DNA of 64,000 bases from an uncultured Candidatus Saccharibacteria bacterium. Lineage in GTDB: Bacteria; Patescibacteriota; Minisyncoccia; Phycocordibacterales; UBA2100. The notes below the pieces were generated by a model. The model made no database searches and was not told where the DNA came from. It saw only the letters and a list, made by a program, of their open reading frames with translations. Below, piece after piece: positions 48,087 through 57,221 of this stretch (position 1 is the stretch's first letter; each line of letters starts with the position of its first letter). The position numbers and the translations under genes were made by a program. The DNA is taken from positions 14,843 through 78,842 of the forward strand of contig CAZHOB010000003.1 in the NCBI GenBank assembly GCA_964534465.1. Direction: 5' to 3'.

Positions 48087-48482
48087 CTATTGCTGCTGCG
48101 GGCCTTTCAATTGTGTCTCTACGGCGCGCAGCACATCGGCTACGCTCGAATCGCCTTTGACCAAATAGTAGAAGGTGTCGTTCATCATGGCCGCCTGCAA
48201 GCTGCCCATGTCGGAGACGTTGGTGAGAATGATGACTTTGGCGGTCTTACCCCAGCCATCCGCGCGAAGCGCATGTATCATATCCATGCCGTTCATCTTG
48301 GGCAATTTGAGATCGACGAGTAAAAGATCGGGGTGCTTTTCGAGAGCCGCCTTGAGGCCCTCTTCGCCGTCGGCGGCGCGCAAGACTTCGTAGCCTTCGT
48401 GTTCGAGCGCGGCACCGAGCGCAAGCGCTGCCGGCACTTCATCTTCTATCACGAGAACGCTGAATTTCTTTTCATCTGCCAT
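48087..48482 (-). CDS. Single-domain response regulator
   Basis: VIEDE, LLVDLKLP, ILTN, VK. Confidence 0.92.
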   Translation of the reverse strand: MADEKKFSVLVIEDEVPAALALGAALEHEGYEVLRAADGEEGLKAALEKHPDLLLVDLKLPKMNGMDMIHALRADGWGKTAKVIILTNVSDMGSLQAAMMNDTFYYLVKGDSSVADVLRAVETQLKGPQQQ

Positions 48483-48503
48483 ATTGGCTACAGTATAGCC
48501 TAA

Positions 48504-49793
48504 TCAGGCTTGTAAAGCATGCTTTTCCACAGTTGCATCCTGCCATTCAAAAGGCACCGAGGCGTAAAAGGTGCTGCCTTTGCCCACTGTCGATTCGAAC
48601 GAAATGCCGCCGTGGTTGCGCTCGAGTATCATTTTGACGACATAGAGGCCCAATCCCGTGCCGTCAGGGACAAGGTCTTGCGCGTTCTGCGCGCGGTAGA
48701 GCTTTTTGAAAATATTGCCCCACTCGCTCTTCGGAATACCAATGCCGGAGTCGGTAACGCGGATAAAGAGCATCTCGCGCGTTGTCGATGCCCGAGAGAC
48801 TTCGCAGTCCACCTTGCCGCCCTGCGGCGTGTATTTGATCGCATTGGAGAGAAGGTTTTGGAAGACCATGCGCATGAGGAATTTGTCGGCTTTGAGATGC
48901 GGTAGGTCGCTGGCGACCACAAGAGAGACCGCGACCTTCTTCTGGTCAGCCACGTGTATCTGCTCTTTGAGCACGCTCTGTGCGAGTTCGTTGATATCGA
49001 ATTCTTCAATGCGCGCGGCAAAGGTGTCCAGTTCGATACGAGAGACGTTGAGCATGTCGTTGACGATATCTATCATGTGCTGACCTTCCTCGTGAATATT
49101 TTCCAGATACGTGCGCTGGGTGCTGCTGAGCGGGTCGGCGCCTTTTTGGAGGAGGAGCTCGGAGAGCCATTTCATGGCAGTCACCGGCGTCTTCAGCTGG
49201 TGCGAAGCGAGCGAGACGAATTCGGATTTCGCCCTGTCGATCTCTGTCTCTCTCGTGACGTCGTGCGCGATGCCTTGAATGCGGGCAACGATGCCGTTGT
49301 GGTCGCGGATATTTTTGCCTTCGATGCGCAAATAGCGCGTCTGCTTGGTGTTGGGTAGGACGATGCGCATCGTGAAATCAAAAGAACCGGGGGCCTTTTG
49401 CGCCTTCTCCCACGAGGCATCCACGGTTTTTTTGTCGTCTTTGTGCGCCGCCTCGACGAAGGCATCGAGCGAAGGTGCTTTGCGCCGAGCGACGAAGCCG
49501 AAGAGATCGTACATCTCCGGCGTCCAATAACTTTCAGCGGGATTCAATATATCCCACACGAAGCTGCCGAAGTGCCCGATGCGCTCGGCCTCTGCGAGCT
49601 GCGCCGTGACCACGTCGTACGCGCGAATGATGTGCGCCATGCGCTCCTCCGCGCGCCTGCGAGCCGTGAGCGAGACGGCAAATACTATCGCAATGACAAC
49701 GACCAAAAAAACTCCGGCGAGTATCAGCGGAAAATACGGCACGCCCTGTGCAGCATCAAGCGCGCTCTTCAGCACTACTGAAAGTGGGTCCAC
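48504..49793 (-). CDS. PAS-domain sensor histidine kinase
   Basis: SHQLKTP, NLLSNAIKYT, DSGIGIP, GTGLGL. Confidence 0.95.
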   Translation of the reverse strand: MDPLSVVLKSALDAAQGVPYFPLILAGVFLVVVIAIVFAVSLTARRRAEERMAHIIRAYDVVTAQLAEAERIGHFGSFVWDILNPAESYWTPEMYDLFGFVARRKAPSLDAFVEAAHKDDKKTVDASWEKAQKAPGSFDFTMRIVLPNTKQTRYLRIEGKNIRDHNGIVARIQGIAHDVTRETEIDRAKSEFVSLASHQLKTPVTAMKWLSELLLQKGADPLSSTQRTYLENIHEEGQHMIDIVNDMLNVSRIELDTFAARIEEFDINELAQSVLKEQIHVADQKKVAVSLVVASDLPHLKADKFLMRMVFQNLLSNAIKYTPQGGKVDCEVSRASTTREMLFIRVTDSGIGIPKSEWGNIFKKLYRAQNAQDLVPDGTGLGLYVVKMILERNHGGISFESTVGKGSTFYASVPFEWQDATVEKHALQA

Positions 49794-49827
49794 GAAATCA
49801 TTCTAGCAAACAATTAGTACTCGTGAT

Positions 49828-50199
49828 CTATCTGGTCGGCGCTTCAGGAAATCGCTTGAGTACTTCTTTGGCTACGGCGAGGGTAAAAGGCTCGTCGTAA
49901 AAGAAAAAGTTCTTTTGTATCGTCTCAAGATACGCTTCAAGGACATCCGGCGTGACACCTGCTGCAGATTGCTCCTCGATGGCAAATCGTGGATCCGCCA
50001 TGATCTCTTGTTCTTCGTCGGCGAGTCTCTGTAGTACATCTTTTGCGGTGGCCACCGCTTCTCGAAGCGTCGCATTATTCTTTTCGTCCAGCTCGTACAT
50101 CTGACCACGCGGGCCCTCCGGCAATTTTTCGCCATCAACAGCCATCGTATCCTTCTTCTTGAAAAAGCGGTCCTCAAAATTTCTCAATACTTCTCCCAT
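49828..50199 (-). CDS. Hypothetical protein
   Basis: 123 aa; leaderless-type TAGTAT promoter. Confidence 0.65.
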   Translation of the reverse strand: MGEVLRNFEDRFFKKKDTMAVDGEKLPEGPRGQMYELDEKNNATLREAVATAKDVLQRLADEEQEIMADPRFAIEEQSAAGVTPDVLEAYLETIQKNFFFYDEPFTLAVAKEVLKRFPEAPTR

Positions 50200-50253
50200 G
50201 TCGAGAATACTACCATAAGAGAAAGGCGGTCATCCGTACGGATGACCGCTCGC

Positions 50254-50466
50254 TCACATGATGCTGCGCGTACCTGCGTTCGTCTTCTTGATCACTCGAT
50301 CGCCGGAGCGGCCGCAGAATGGAATGAAGTTGTCGTGCGCTTTTTGCCACGCTTTGTAAGTCTCTGGAGATGTCCTCTTGGCAAGGTCTTCCTCGACCCG
50401 CATGCAAAGATAATTGCAATCGCCGAGGCACTCATCGCCCGTAGCGGTAACCCGACATTTCGCCAT
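50254..50466 (-). CDS. Small Cys-rich hypothetical protein (ORFan cassette)
   Basis: SD AAAGGAG; -35 TTGACG overlaps DUF167 stop. Confidence 0.65.
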   Translation of the reverse strand: MAKCRVTATGDECLGDCNYLCMRVEEDLAKRTSPETYKAWQKAHDNFIPFCGRSGDRVIKKTNAGTRSIM

Positions 50467-50525
50467 TGTTTGCTCCTTTAGACTTAATGCTCACTGTAGC
50501 AACTCTAGCTCATGAGCGGGACTCG

Positions 50526-50747
50526 TCAATTCAATATCGAAAGCGTTTTGGACGGTCCGCGGTGGCCTTTGATGATTCGCACTTTTGCTGCGGAGACGCC
50601 GAGCTGTCTCGCAATGAGTTCAATAATGCGACGGTTCGCCATATTGCCTTTCGGTTTTTCACGGACGCACACTTCAAAGTGATCGCCCGAGACTTTCTTC
50701 ACCTCTTCATTCTTAGCGCCCGTCCTCGCGCGGACTTTGATATGCAT
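50526..50747 (-). CDS. DUF167 (YggU-like) protein
   Basis: VREKP.GN.AN, VRIIKGH. Confidence 0.85.
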   Translation of the reverse strand: MHIKVRARTGAKNEEVKKVSGDHFEVCVREKPKGNMANRRIIELIARQLGVSAAKVRIIKGHRGPSKTLSILN

Positions 50748-50753
50748 GTTCAA

Positions 50754-51128
50754 CTATTCACCGAGCTGCACTTTGACCTTTTCAAGCAGGGTCTCCATCG
50801 TGATATTGCCCTTGATGACGTAGTGAAATGTTTCCTGCTGAATTGCCTCATCGATGGTCTTCTCGTCGGTTACGTTGGTCAGGATCATCACTTTTACGTT
50901 TTTACCCCACTCATCCTCTCGTATCTTTCGTATCATCATCATGCCGGACATTTCGCCGGGCAAAAGCAGATCCGCGATGACGAGGTCGGGGCGTTCGGTC
51001 AGTGCGAGGCGTACACCATCCTCGCCATTCATAGCTTTGAATACGGTATAGCCCGCGCTGCCGAGCACATCCGCGAGAATATCGAGCATTTTCACCTCGT
51101 CCTCTACGACGAGTATCTTTTGCGCCAT
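50754..51128 (-). CDS. Single-domain response regulator
   Basis: KILVVEDE, PDLVIADLLLP, ILTN. Confidence 0.92.
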   Translation of the reverse strand: MAQKILVVEDEVKMLDILADVLGSAGYTVFKAMNGEDGVRLALTERPDLVIADLLLPGEMSGMMMIRKIREDEWGKNVKVMILTNVTDEKTIDEAIQQETFHYVIKGNITMETLLEKVKVQLGE

Positions 51129-51208
51129 GCCGGAATTATATCACCACCCATCTTGCTGGGAACGAAGAAGTGAAAACGAACAAGGGAGCCTTTCGGCTCC
51201 CCTTTCTT

Positions 51209-51361
51209 TTAGTTGGATGCGTGATCTGACATGCAGCGAAGGCATGTGGTTTGGCGGTAGCGGGTTTTGATGAATTTATTGTCGCAAACATCGCATAAGT
51301 GCACATTGGGCGCGGTCGTACGCTCTATCCACTTGCCGTCTTTCATGAAATTTTTGACCAT
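51209..51361 (-). CDS. 50-aa zinc-ribbon protein (not in ORF track)
   Basis: MVKNFMKDGKWIERTTAPNVHLCDVCDNKFIKTRYRQTTCLRCMSDHASN*; TTGACG-N17-TAAGTT promoter and terminator about 51182-51204. Confidence 0.7.
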   Translation of the reverse strand: MVKNFMKDGKWIERTTAPNVHLCDVCDNKFIKTRYRQTTCLRCMSDHASN

Positions 51362-51455
51362 AGAAATACCCTTTGGTTAAGCCAACTTATCACAGATTTG
51401 ACATCTCGTCAACAATATGGAAGTTATAGAAAAAGGTCGCGATGTGAGCCGCGAC

Positions 51456-52043
51456 CTACTCCTCCAATGTGCACTGATTGTTTGGGCGCTTGAATTCGCG
51501 CGATTCTTGGTGTCTGTGGTGCCAGTTTTGTGCAAAGCGGGCGGCAACCTGCGGATCGTTACGAATAAATGTAACGTTTTCGGCATTCCTTTTCTGCGCA
51601 CTCACCGTGAAGTTAAAGCTTCCCGTAACAACGTGTTTTTGGTCGATGACCATCACTTTGTTGTGGGCGATCGCCACTGAATGATCGGTCACGACAGGCA
51701 CGCCATGGTCGACCATGCATGTGCCGCCACTGTAACGATCTTGCTCGTTACTTTTGTCGAGGATCACACGCACATCCACCCGTCTTGCCTTTGCGCGGTC
51801 GATAGCTTCAAGGATAGGCGGTGAAGTGTAATTGTATGCTTGGATCAAGAGCTCCTTTTCCGCCAGTGCGACTTTGTCCACTACGAACTGCGTACAGTCT
51901 TCGCCAGGTGTGAAGCACACTTCTATTTGCGGCAGCGTACTGTACCTATGCGACAGTTTCTTGGTCACATAGATGCCGGCAAAAAGTCCGAAGAGAGCTC
52001 CAAAGAGCAGAAGTGTGAGCGCGTGCTTGAGCTTTGACTGCAT
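51456..52043 (-). CDS. Phospholipase D family (Nuc-like) endonuclease, membrane-anchored
   Basis: HNKVMVID (HxK-x4-D), TGSFNFT, RNAEN; N-terminal TM; SD GGAGG. Confidence 0.9.
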   Translation of the reverse strand: MQSKLKHALTLLLFGALFGLFAGIYVTKKLSHRYSTLPQIEVCFTPGEDCTQFVVDKVALAEKELLIQAYNYTSPPILEAIDRAKARRVDVRVILDKSNEQDRYSGGTCMVDHGVPVVTDHSVAIAHNKVMVIDQKHVVTGSFNFTVSAQKRNAENVTFIRNDPQVAARFAQNWHHRHQESREFKRPNNQCTLEE

Positions 52044-52093
52044 TTTGTCCTCCGCTTGTCCGGACACGATAGTGCCATTTAGGCGTATATGTG

Positions 52094-52127
52094 TCAATGA
52101 ACGTCTATCCCCTTGCGAACGCGGTAC
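52094..52127 (-). pseudogene. Decayed relic of the DEAD helicase 3' end
   Basis: TCAATGAACGTC identical to 52689-52700, then CCTTGC and CGGTAC/CGGCAC collinear; reads TFID vs TFIE* and overlaps the TTGACA of the PLD promoter. Confidence 0.55.
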
Positions 52128-52174
52128 ATTTTTTTTAAAAAATACCCCGACCGAGATGGCCGGGGCGATGTACG

Positions 52175-52600
52175 TTACGACGCTTTCTTTTTCTCTTCGA
52201 ACCCTGCGATGGAATTGATTTGTTCGGACTGCCCGGCGGTAATGACGCCGTCACGACAAGCCACGTACAGGAGGCTGTCCAATCCGCTCTTGAACGCGGC
52301 GGTAGCGCCGGCCAACTTTTCGGCGGCTCGTTTTTCCGTGATGTTGATGAGCTTCGAGATCTCGATGATCTCGTCGCGGTCCTCAAAGCCGTGCTCATGG
52401 CCGCAATGACCGCACCCGATCTGTCCATCGGCACAAATGTGCAAGGACAGCTTGGGAAAACCGCAACGTGCACAAGATTGCGCAAGTACGGGGTCGTTGA
52501 AATGTACGACCGCCTTAGTGCCTTCGATCTTCGTGATCTCACCGTAGGCCACGAGTTTGCGACCCTGTACGTCGACCAAATCACCGCTATTGAACTTCAT
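52175..52600 (-). CDS. Hypothetical protein with zinc ribbon (cassette)
   Basis: CARCG, CGHCG; SD AAGGAGG; TTGACG promoter; terminator 52145-52165. Confidence 0.75.
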   Translation of the reverse strand: MKFNSGDLVDVQGRKLVAYGEITKIEGTKAVVHFNDPVLAQSCARCGFPKLSLHICADGQIGCGHCGHEHGFEDRDEIIEISKLINITEKRAAEKLAGATAAFKSGLDSLLYVACRDGVITAGQSEQINSIAGFEEKKKAS

Positions 52601-52684
52601 CGGAACCTCCTTCTAGTTCTCTCTTGTCGGACTATACTTTAGCACGTGTTTCTAAAACGTCAATTCAGCGGGGTGACCGATCAC

Positions 52685-53923
52685 TTATTCAATGAACGTC
52701 AGCGCCTTGCCGCGCTTGCCGGCACGGCCGGTGCGGCCGATGCGATGCACATAATCGTCGTACGTGGTCGGAAGGTCGAAATTGATGACGTGGCTCACGC
52801 CGTCGATGTCGATGCCGCGGGCGGCCACGTCGGTCGCTACGAGCACTTGCACATGGCTGGCCTTGAAGAGCGAAAGAGCCCTCTGGCGCTTGCTCTGATT
52901 TTTGTTGCCGTGGATGGACTCGGCTTTGAAGCCGCGCGCTGCGAGGTTTTTCATCAGGCGTTCCACGCCGTGCTTCGTGCGGCCGAAGATAAGTACTTTG
53001 TTGAATTCCGGCTGTATAAGCAGGTCATGCAATACATCGAGCTTGTTCTTTCCGCCCTCGATGCGGATGATGTCCTGATCAACGGTCGCTGCGGTGTCGC
53101 GCGTCTTGATGGAAATGCGGATAGGGTCGTTCAGGAATTGATGGATGAGACTCTCGATCTCCCTCGAAAGCGTCGCGGAGAAGAAAAGTGTGTGGCGTTG
53201 CTTGGGAGTGAACGAGAGCAAATACTGTATGTCACGGATGAATCCCATGTCGAGCATGCGATCGGCTTCGTCGAGTACGACGTTCTGATACTTGGAAAGG
53301 TTGACGACTTTTTGCTCAAACAAGTCTTTGAGACGCCCTGGTGTCGCGATGACGAAGTGCGGGTCCTCGCGCATGCCGCGTATCTGCGGATTGATGTTGA
53401 CCCCACCGACGGCCACGACGGATCTGAAACCGGAACCGTGCGCGAAGCCTTTGAGTTCCTCGTCTATCTGCACCGCGAGCTCTCGCGTCGGCACGATGAT
53501 AAGCACGCGCTGTTCGCGCTGCTTTACTACTTTGTCGAGGAGCGGAATGAGAAATGCGCCTGTCTTACCGGTGCCGGTATCGGCAAGTCCGACCACGTCG
53601 CGTCCCGTGAGCACGTGGGGAATTGCCTGATCTTGAATAGGCGTCGGCGTGACATACCCCTTGCGTGCGATATTGGATTTGATGCGCGCGTCGATATCGA
53701 AATCGGCAAATTTGTGTTTGGGTACAAAAACCACCATCTCCGCTTCCTCCACGCCCTTATTAATGAATTTGGAAAAGTGGATCTCCTGCCCTTTTTGATT
53801 GCCGCGGCTCTGACGCTGCGGGCGGAACGCCGGTCGTCCGAAGGAACGACCGCGCGAGAAGCCCTGCCTGCCGGCAGGCAGGCTCCGCTGTCCGCGTTGT
53901 GTGCTGTGTGAGTGATAACCCAT
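52685..53923 (-). CDS. DEAD-box RNA helicase (RhlE-like)
   Basis: Q motif, TGTGKT, PTRELA, DEAD, SAT, HRIGRTGR. Confidence 0.96.
   Translation of the reverse strand: MGYHSHSTQRGQRSLPAGRQGFSRGRSFGRPAFRPQRQSRGNQKGQEIHFSKFINKGVEEAEMVVFVPKHKFADFDIDARIKSNIARKGYVTPTPIQDQAIPHVLTGRDVVGLADTGTGKTGAFLIPLLDKVVKQREQRVLIIVPTRELAVQIDEELKGFAHGSGFRSVVAVGGVNINPQIRGMREDPHFVIATPGRLKDLFEQKVVNLSKYQNVVLDEADRMLDMGFIRDIQYLLSFTPKQRHTLFFSATLSREIESLIHQFLNDPIRISIKTRDTAATVDQDIIRIEGGKNKLDVLHDLLIQPEFNKVLIFGRTKHGVERLMKNLAARGFKAESIHGNKNQSKRQRALSLFKASHVQVLVATDVAARGIDIDGVSHVINFDLPTTYDDYVHRIGRTGRAGKRGKALTFIE
53863..53882. repeat. Perfect 20-bp palindrome in-frame in helicase N-terminus
   Basis: CCTGCCTGCCGGCAGGCAGG encodes LPAGRQ. 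Confidence 0.8.
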
Positions 53924-54108
53924 ATAGTTTTATATGCCCGAGTTTACGGGCTTAAGCTTTTCCGCTAGGCGGAAAGCCTCTTAAATGTGTCTAACTGTTC
54001 TCGGGAGGTTCGCCTTTAGCTAACAGGCGGCCTTGGATCTCCCAAGACGAAAACCGATGGAGAAAGCTTTGACTCGGTAACAGTAGCAGATTCAATCCTC
54101 CTTGTCAA
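53924..54108 (-). promoter_or_regulatory. Promoter and long structured 5' UTR of DEAD helicase
   Basis: TTGACA(54103-54108)-N17-TACTGT(54080-54085); about 150-nt leader with several hairpins. Confidence 0.6.
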
Positions 54109-54152
54109 GCAAAACAAAACCGCCACGTCATTTGCGACATGGCGGCAGTTCA

Positions 54153-54413
54153 TCAGTAATCTTCGTCGATCAGAGAGAAAGGGGGCCTGTGATTCCATTC
54201 GTCAACGAGTGGGAGCGCGGCGTCTGCCGCCTCATCCCCATAAGTTGCGCGGACTTCAGCAACTGCCTCATTCCATTCGCTTCGTTCGCGGGCCAGGAAT
54301 TCATCATCGACACCATCCATTCTGTCGATGGTGTCGTAATGTGAGTCCATGCGCTGCTTAATTGCCTTGAGTTCCTCGAAGGCTTCCTCGGCCTTACCTG
54401 TCAGTGAAGACAT
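54153..54413 (-). CDS. Acidic hypothetical protein
   Basis: SD AGGAGG. Confidence 0.7.
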   Translation of the reverse strand: MSSLTGKAEEAFEELKAIKQRMDSHYDTIDRMDGVDDEFLARERSEWNEAVAEVRATYGDEAADAALPLVDEWNHRPPFSLIDEDY

Positions 54414-54423
54414 TGGTGCCTCC

Positions 54424-54789
54424 TCACGTGGCCACGCGCTTGAAGCGCTCGCCGCGGTTACCGTCCTTGAAGCGACGGAACGACTGCGTGTGGGTTGGGA
54501 TCATTGTTCCGTCCTTCACGTCTTTCATCGAGACCGCATCACCGTTGATGAAAGTGATCTCACAGACGCGATCGCCGTGAATCCATTGCTCCGTCGACAC
54601 GCCCATCTTGTTCAGAGCGACAGAATCTCTCCGATCACGCGTCGTCGACTGGTCGGCTAGTTTCTTGAACAACTCGAACGAGATCAGCTTCTGCCATGAG
54701 ATGCTGGCATCCTGCCACCCTTCGCGGTTCACTACGACACGATAGAACTTCTGATGCCATTGCTCGGAAGTCTTGCGATCGTCACTCAT
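54424..54789 (-). CDS. Hypothetical protein
   Basis: SD AAGGAG; TTGACA upstream. Confidence 0.7.
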   Translation of the reverse strand: MSDDRKTSEQWHQKFYRVVVNREGWQDASISWQKLISFELFKKLADQSTTRDRRDSVALNKMGVSTEQWIHGDRVCEITFINGDAVSMKDVKDGTMIPTHTQSFRRFKDGNRGERFKRVAT

Positions 54790-54877
54790 CTTTTATCTCC
54801 TTCATCCATTCCAGAGATTGGGCCGATATTGACCGGCCCACATTATATATTAATAGATGTATTTGTCAAGATGTACT

Positions 54878-54916
54878 CGACGCAACTATCGACCTACGAG
54901 GTCGATAGTTGCGTCG
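54878..54916. repeat. Palindromic repeat family B, intergenic
   Basis: Perfect 18-bp IR with ACG loop; core 54887-54909 identical to 60441-60463 in ligD. Confidence 0.85.
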
Positions 54917-54948
54917 CTCCAAAAAAAACATGCTATTGTGAGACATGC

Positions 54949-55992
54949 ATGCGCATCGAGGCGGACACAAAGCTGGATTATAAGGACGTGCTGATACGCC
55001 CGAAGCGCTCTACGCTCACCAGTCGTAGCGAAGTAAACATCTCCCGCACCTTTGCCTTCAAAGACTCGGGGCAAACGCTCACCACCGTGCCCATCATCGC
55101 CGCCAACATGGACGGCGTCGGCACCATGGCGATGGCACGCGCTTTTTTTCCGCACAAAATGTTGGTCGCTCTGCACAAATATTACGAGCTCCCGCAGCTC
55201 AGGACATTTTTTAATTCACTGAAGCCAGCTGAAGCGCCGTACGTTTTTTACACGATGGGCATCAAGGACACCGACGTAGAACGACTCGACGCGCTCTTAA
55301 AAATTCTCGACCAAAGCAAGATAGCGAGCATTTGCATCGATGTGGCCAACGGCTACACCGAGCGATTTGTGGATTTTGTTAAGCGCATCCGCGAACGCTT
55401 CCCTTCAAAGATAATGATGGCCGGCAACGTGGTTACCGGCGAGATAGTAGAAGAGCTCGCGCTTTCTGGAGTGGATATCATCAAAGTCGGAATAGGACCG
55501 GGCTCGGTGTGTACGACGCGCAAAATGACGGGCGTCGGCTACCCACAGCTCTCGGCGGTCATCGAATGTGCCGATGCCGCACACGGCATCGGCACACGCA
55601 TCTGCGCCGACGGCGGCTGTCAGGTGCCCGGCGATGTGGCCAAGGCCTTCGGCGCGGGTGGCGATTTCGTCATGATAGGCAGCATGCTCTCGGGCCATAC
55701 TGAATCCGAGGAAAAGCCGTATCTCAAGAACGGTAAAAGATATATTAAATACTACGGCTCATCGTCGGAGGAAGCGATGATGAAGCATGTTGGCAAAGTT
55801 GCGCACTACCGCGCGAGCGAGGGCAAGAGCGTCGAGGTACCTTTCACCGGCCCCGTGGAGAGAACAATTCAAGACATCCTCGGCGGCCTTCGCTCCGCTT
55901 GCACCTACGTGGGTGCGCAGCATCTCAAAGAGTTGCCCAAACGCACCACCTTCATCCGCGTGACACAACAGCTGAATCCCAAATACGATTAA
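54949..55992 (+). CDS. guaC: GMP reductase
   Basis: [42 protein letters not shown]. Confidence 0.95.
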   Translation: MRIEADTKLDYKDVLIRPKRSTLTSRSEVNISRTFAFKDSGQTLTTVPIIAANMDGVGTMAMARAFFPHKMLVALHKYYELPQLRTFFNSLKPAEAPYVFYTMGIKDTDVERLDALLKILDQSKIASICIDVANGYTERFVDFVKRIRERFPSKIMMAGNVVTGEIVEELALSGVDIIKVGIGPGSVCTTRKMTGVGYPQLSAVIECADAAHGIGTRICADGGCQVPGDVAKAFGAGGDFVMIGSMLSGHTESEEKPYLKNGKRYIKYYGSSSEEAMMKHVGKVAHYRASEGKSVEVPFTGPVERTIQDILGGLRSACTYVGAQHLKELPKRTTFIRVTQQLNPKYD

Positions 55993-56019
55993 AGCCCGCT
56001 AGTGCGGGCTTTGCTTTGC

Positions 56020-56301
56020 TTAGCACCATTTGTTGGTTCTAAGGCGTATCTCACCTATCTGCTTTTGGCTGAAACCCGCTCCTCTCAACTTACTTTCGTC
56101 TAGAACAAATGTGTGCCCGATTCGTCGGGCCAACGTATCGGTAGTCAAAACTATATCCACTGCGTCGTCGACGGTAAGTTTACTGAACGGCGTATTTTCG
56201 ACGAGACCACCCGGTCCGTGTGGATACCCGGGCTTACCACCATGACAGTCTACATACTTTACCGTCGGGTCGGGATTGCATTCTTTACAGGGGCAAACCA
56301 T
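56020..56301 (-). CDS. Hypothetical protein (ORFan cassette)
   Basis: SD GAGGAG; CPCKEC N-terminus. Confidence 0.65.
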   Translation of the reverse strand: MVCPCKECNPDPTVKYVDCHGGKPGYPHGPGGLVENTPFSKLTVDDAVDIVLTTDTLARRIGHTFVLDESKLRGAGFSQKQIGEIRLRTNKWC

Positions 56302-56371
56302 TGCACACTCCTCAATGTTTCATCTGAGGGTGACAATACAACAAGGCTGTCCCTTCTACAATTACCTAATA

Positions 56372-56761
56372 TTATTTCTTTTTCGGGGTGGCCTTTTTCT
56401 TGGCGGCAGGTTTCTTTTCTGCTTTTTCAGCCTTGGGCTCTTCGGTTGCTGCGACAACAGGCGCCTTGGATTTATCGAGGGATTGGATCAGACGATCGAG
56501 CTTGCCGTTGAGTTGGTCGAGAGAGCGCTTGATCTCGCCTAATCCGATGGCTTGGCCATTTTGGCCGCCTTTTTGCTGAAGAGGATTTTTCTGATCTTTT
56601 TGTGGCTTCTTGGGGGGATTTTGTGCAGCGCGGCGCTTGGCGAAACAGTCCTGACAATATACCGGGCGATCAGGGCTCGGCTTGAAGGGCACTTCAGTGG
56701 CCTTGCCGCAATCCGCGCACGTAACCGAATACATCTGACGCACGGCCTTGGTTTCTGTCAT
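56372..56761 (-). CDS. CxxC-x17-CxxC zinc-ribbon protein with basic tail
   Basis: CADCG..EVPFKP..RPVYCQDCF. Confidence 0.88.
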   Translation of the reverse strand: MTETKAVRQMYSVTCADCGKATEVPFKPSPDRPVYCQDCFAKRRAAQNPPKKPQKDQKNPLQQKGGQNGQAIGLGEIKRSLDQLNGKLDRLIQSLDKSKAPVVAATEEPKAEKAEKKPAAKKKATPKKK

Positions 56762-56800
56762 ATGGCGATATAGTGCCACAAGTCTCCGAAATTGCAAGTC

Positions 56801-57178
56801 TTAGAATAAGTGCGGGATGAAAATAAAGAGGCCGATGATAGCTGCAGTAATGGCTGAAATGAGCACTGCGCCCGCGGCGACATTTTTGGTATCGCGAGCG
56901 TATGGATGGTAATCAGGTGACGTGAGGTCCATGTCGATCTCGATCGCAGTGTTGAAGGCTTCCGCAGCAAAAACAAGGCCGCTCGCGAGAAAAAGCATCA
57001 TCCATTCGATACGATCTATGCCCACGTAGAGTCCCGAGAATACCGCGCCGACAAAAATGCTTACATGTATCCACGCGTTGTGGGTGGACTTAAAAAATAG
57101 CCACAGGCCGCGGCCAGCGTGAGTAAAGCTCTCCGCACGCTTCACGACCGAAAATCGTTTTTCCGTGTCGTTTTCCAT
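56801..57178 (-). CDS. dgkA: Diacylglycerol/undecaprenol kinase
   Basis: SFTHAGRG, EAFNTAIE..D, KNVAAGAVL. Confidence 0.9.
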   Translation of the reverse strand: MENDTEKRFSVVKRAESFTHAGRGLWLFFKSTHNAWIHVSIFVGAVFSGLYVGIDRIEWMMLFLASGLVFAAEAFNTAIEIDMDLTSPDYHPYARDTKNVAAGAVLISAITAAIIGLFIFIPHLF

Positions 57179-57221
57179 GGTTTCAGTATACCGTATACTT
57201 GAATGAGAAAGAGAGGTTCTC

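Noticed and set aside
52646-53911. 421-aa plus-strand ORF and similar long antisense ORFs (6287-7327, 46564-47964)
   Set aside because: Shadow frames of well-supported genes on the other strand, with no motifs of their own.
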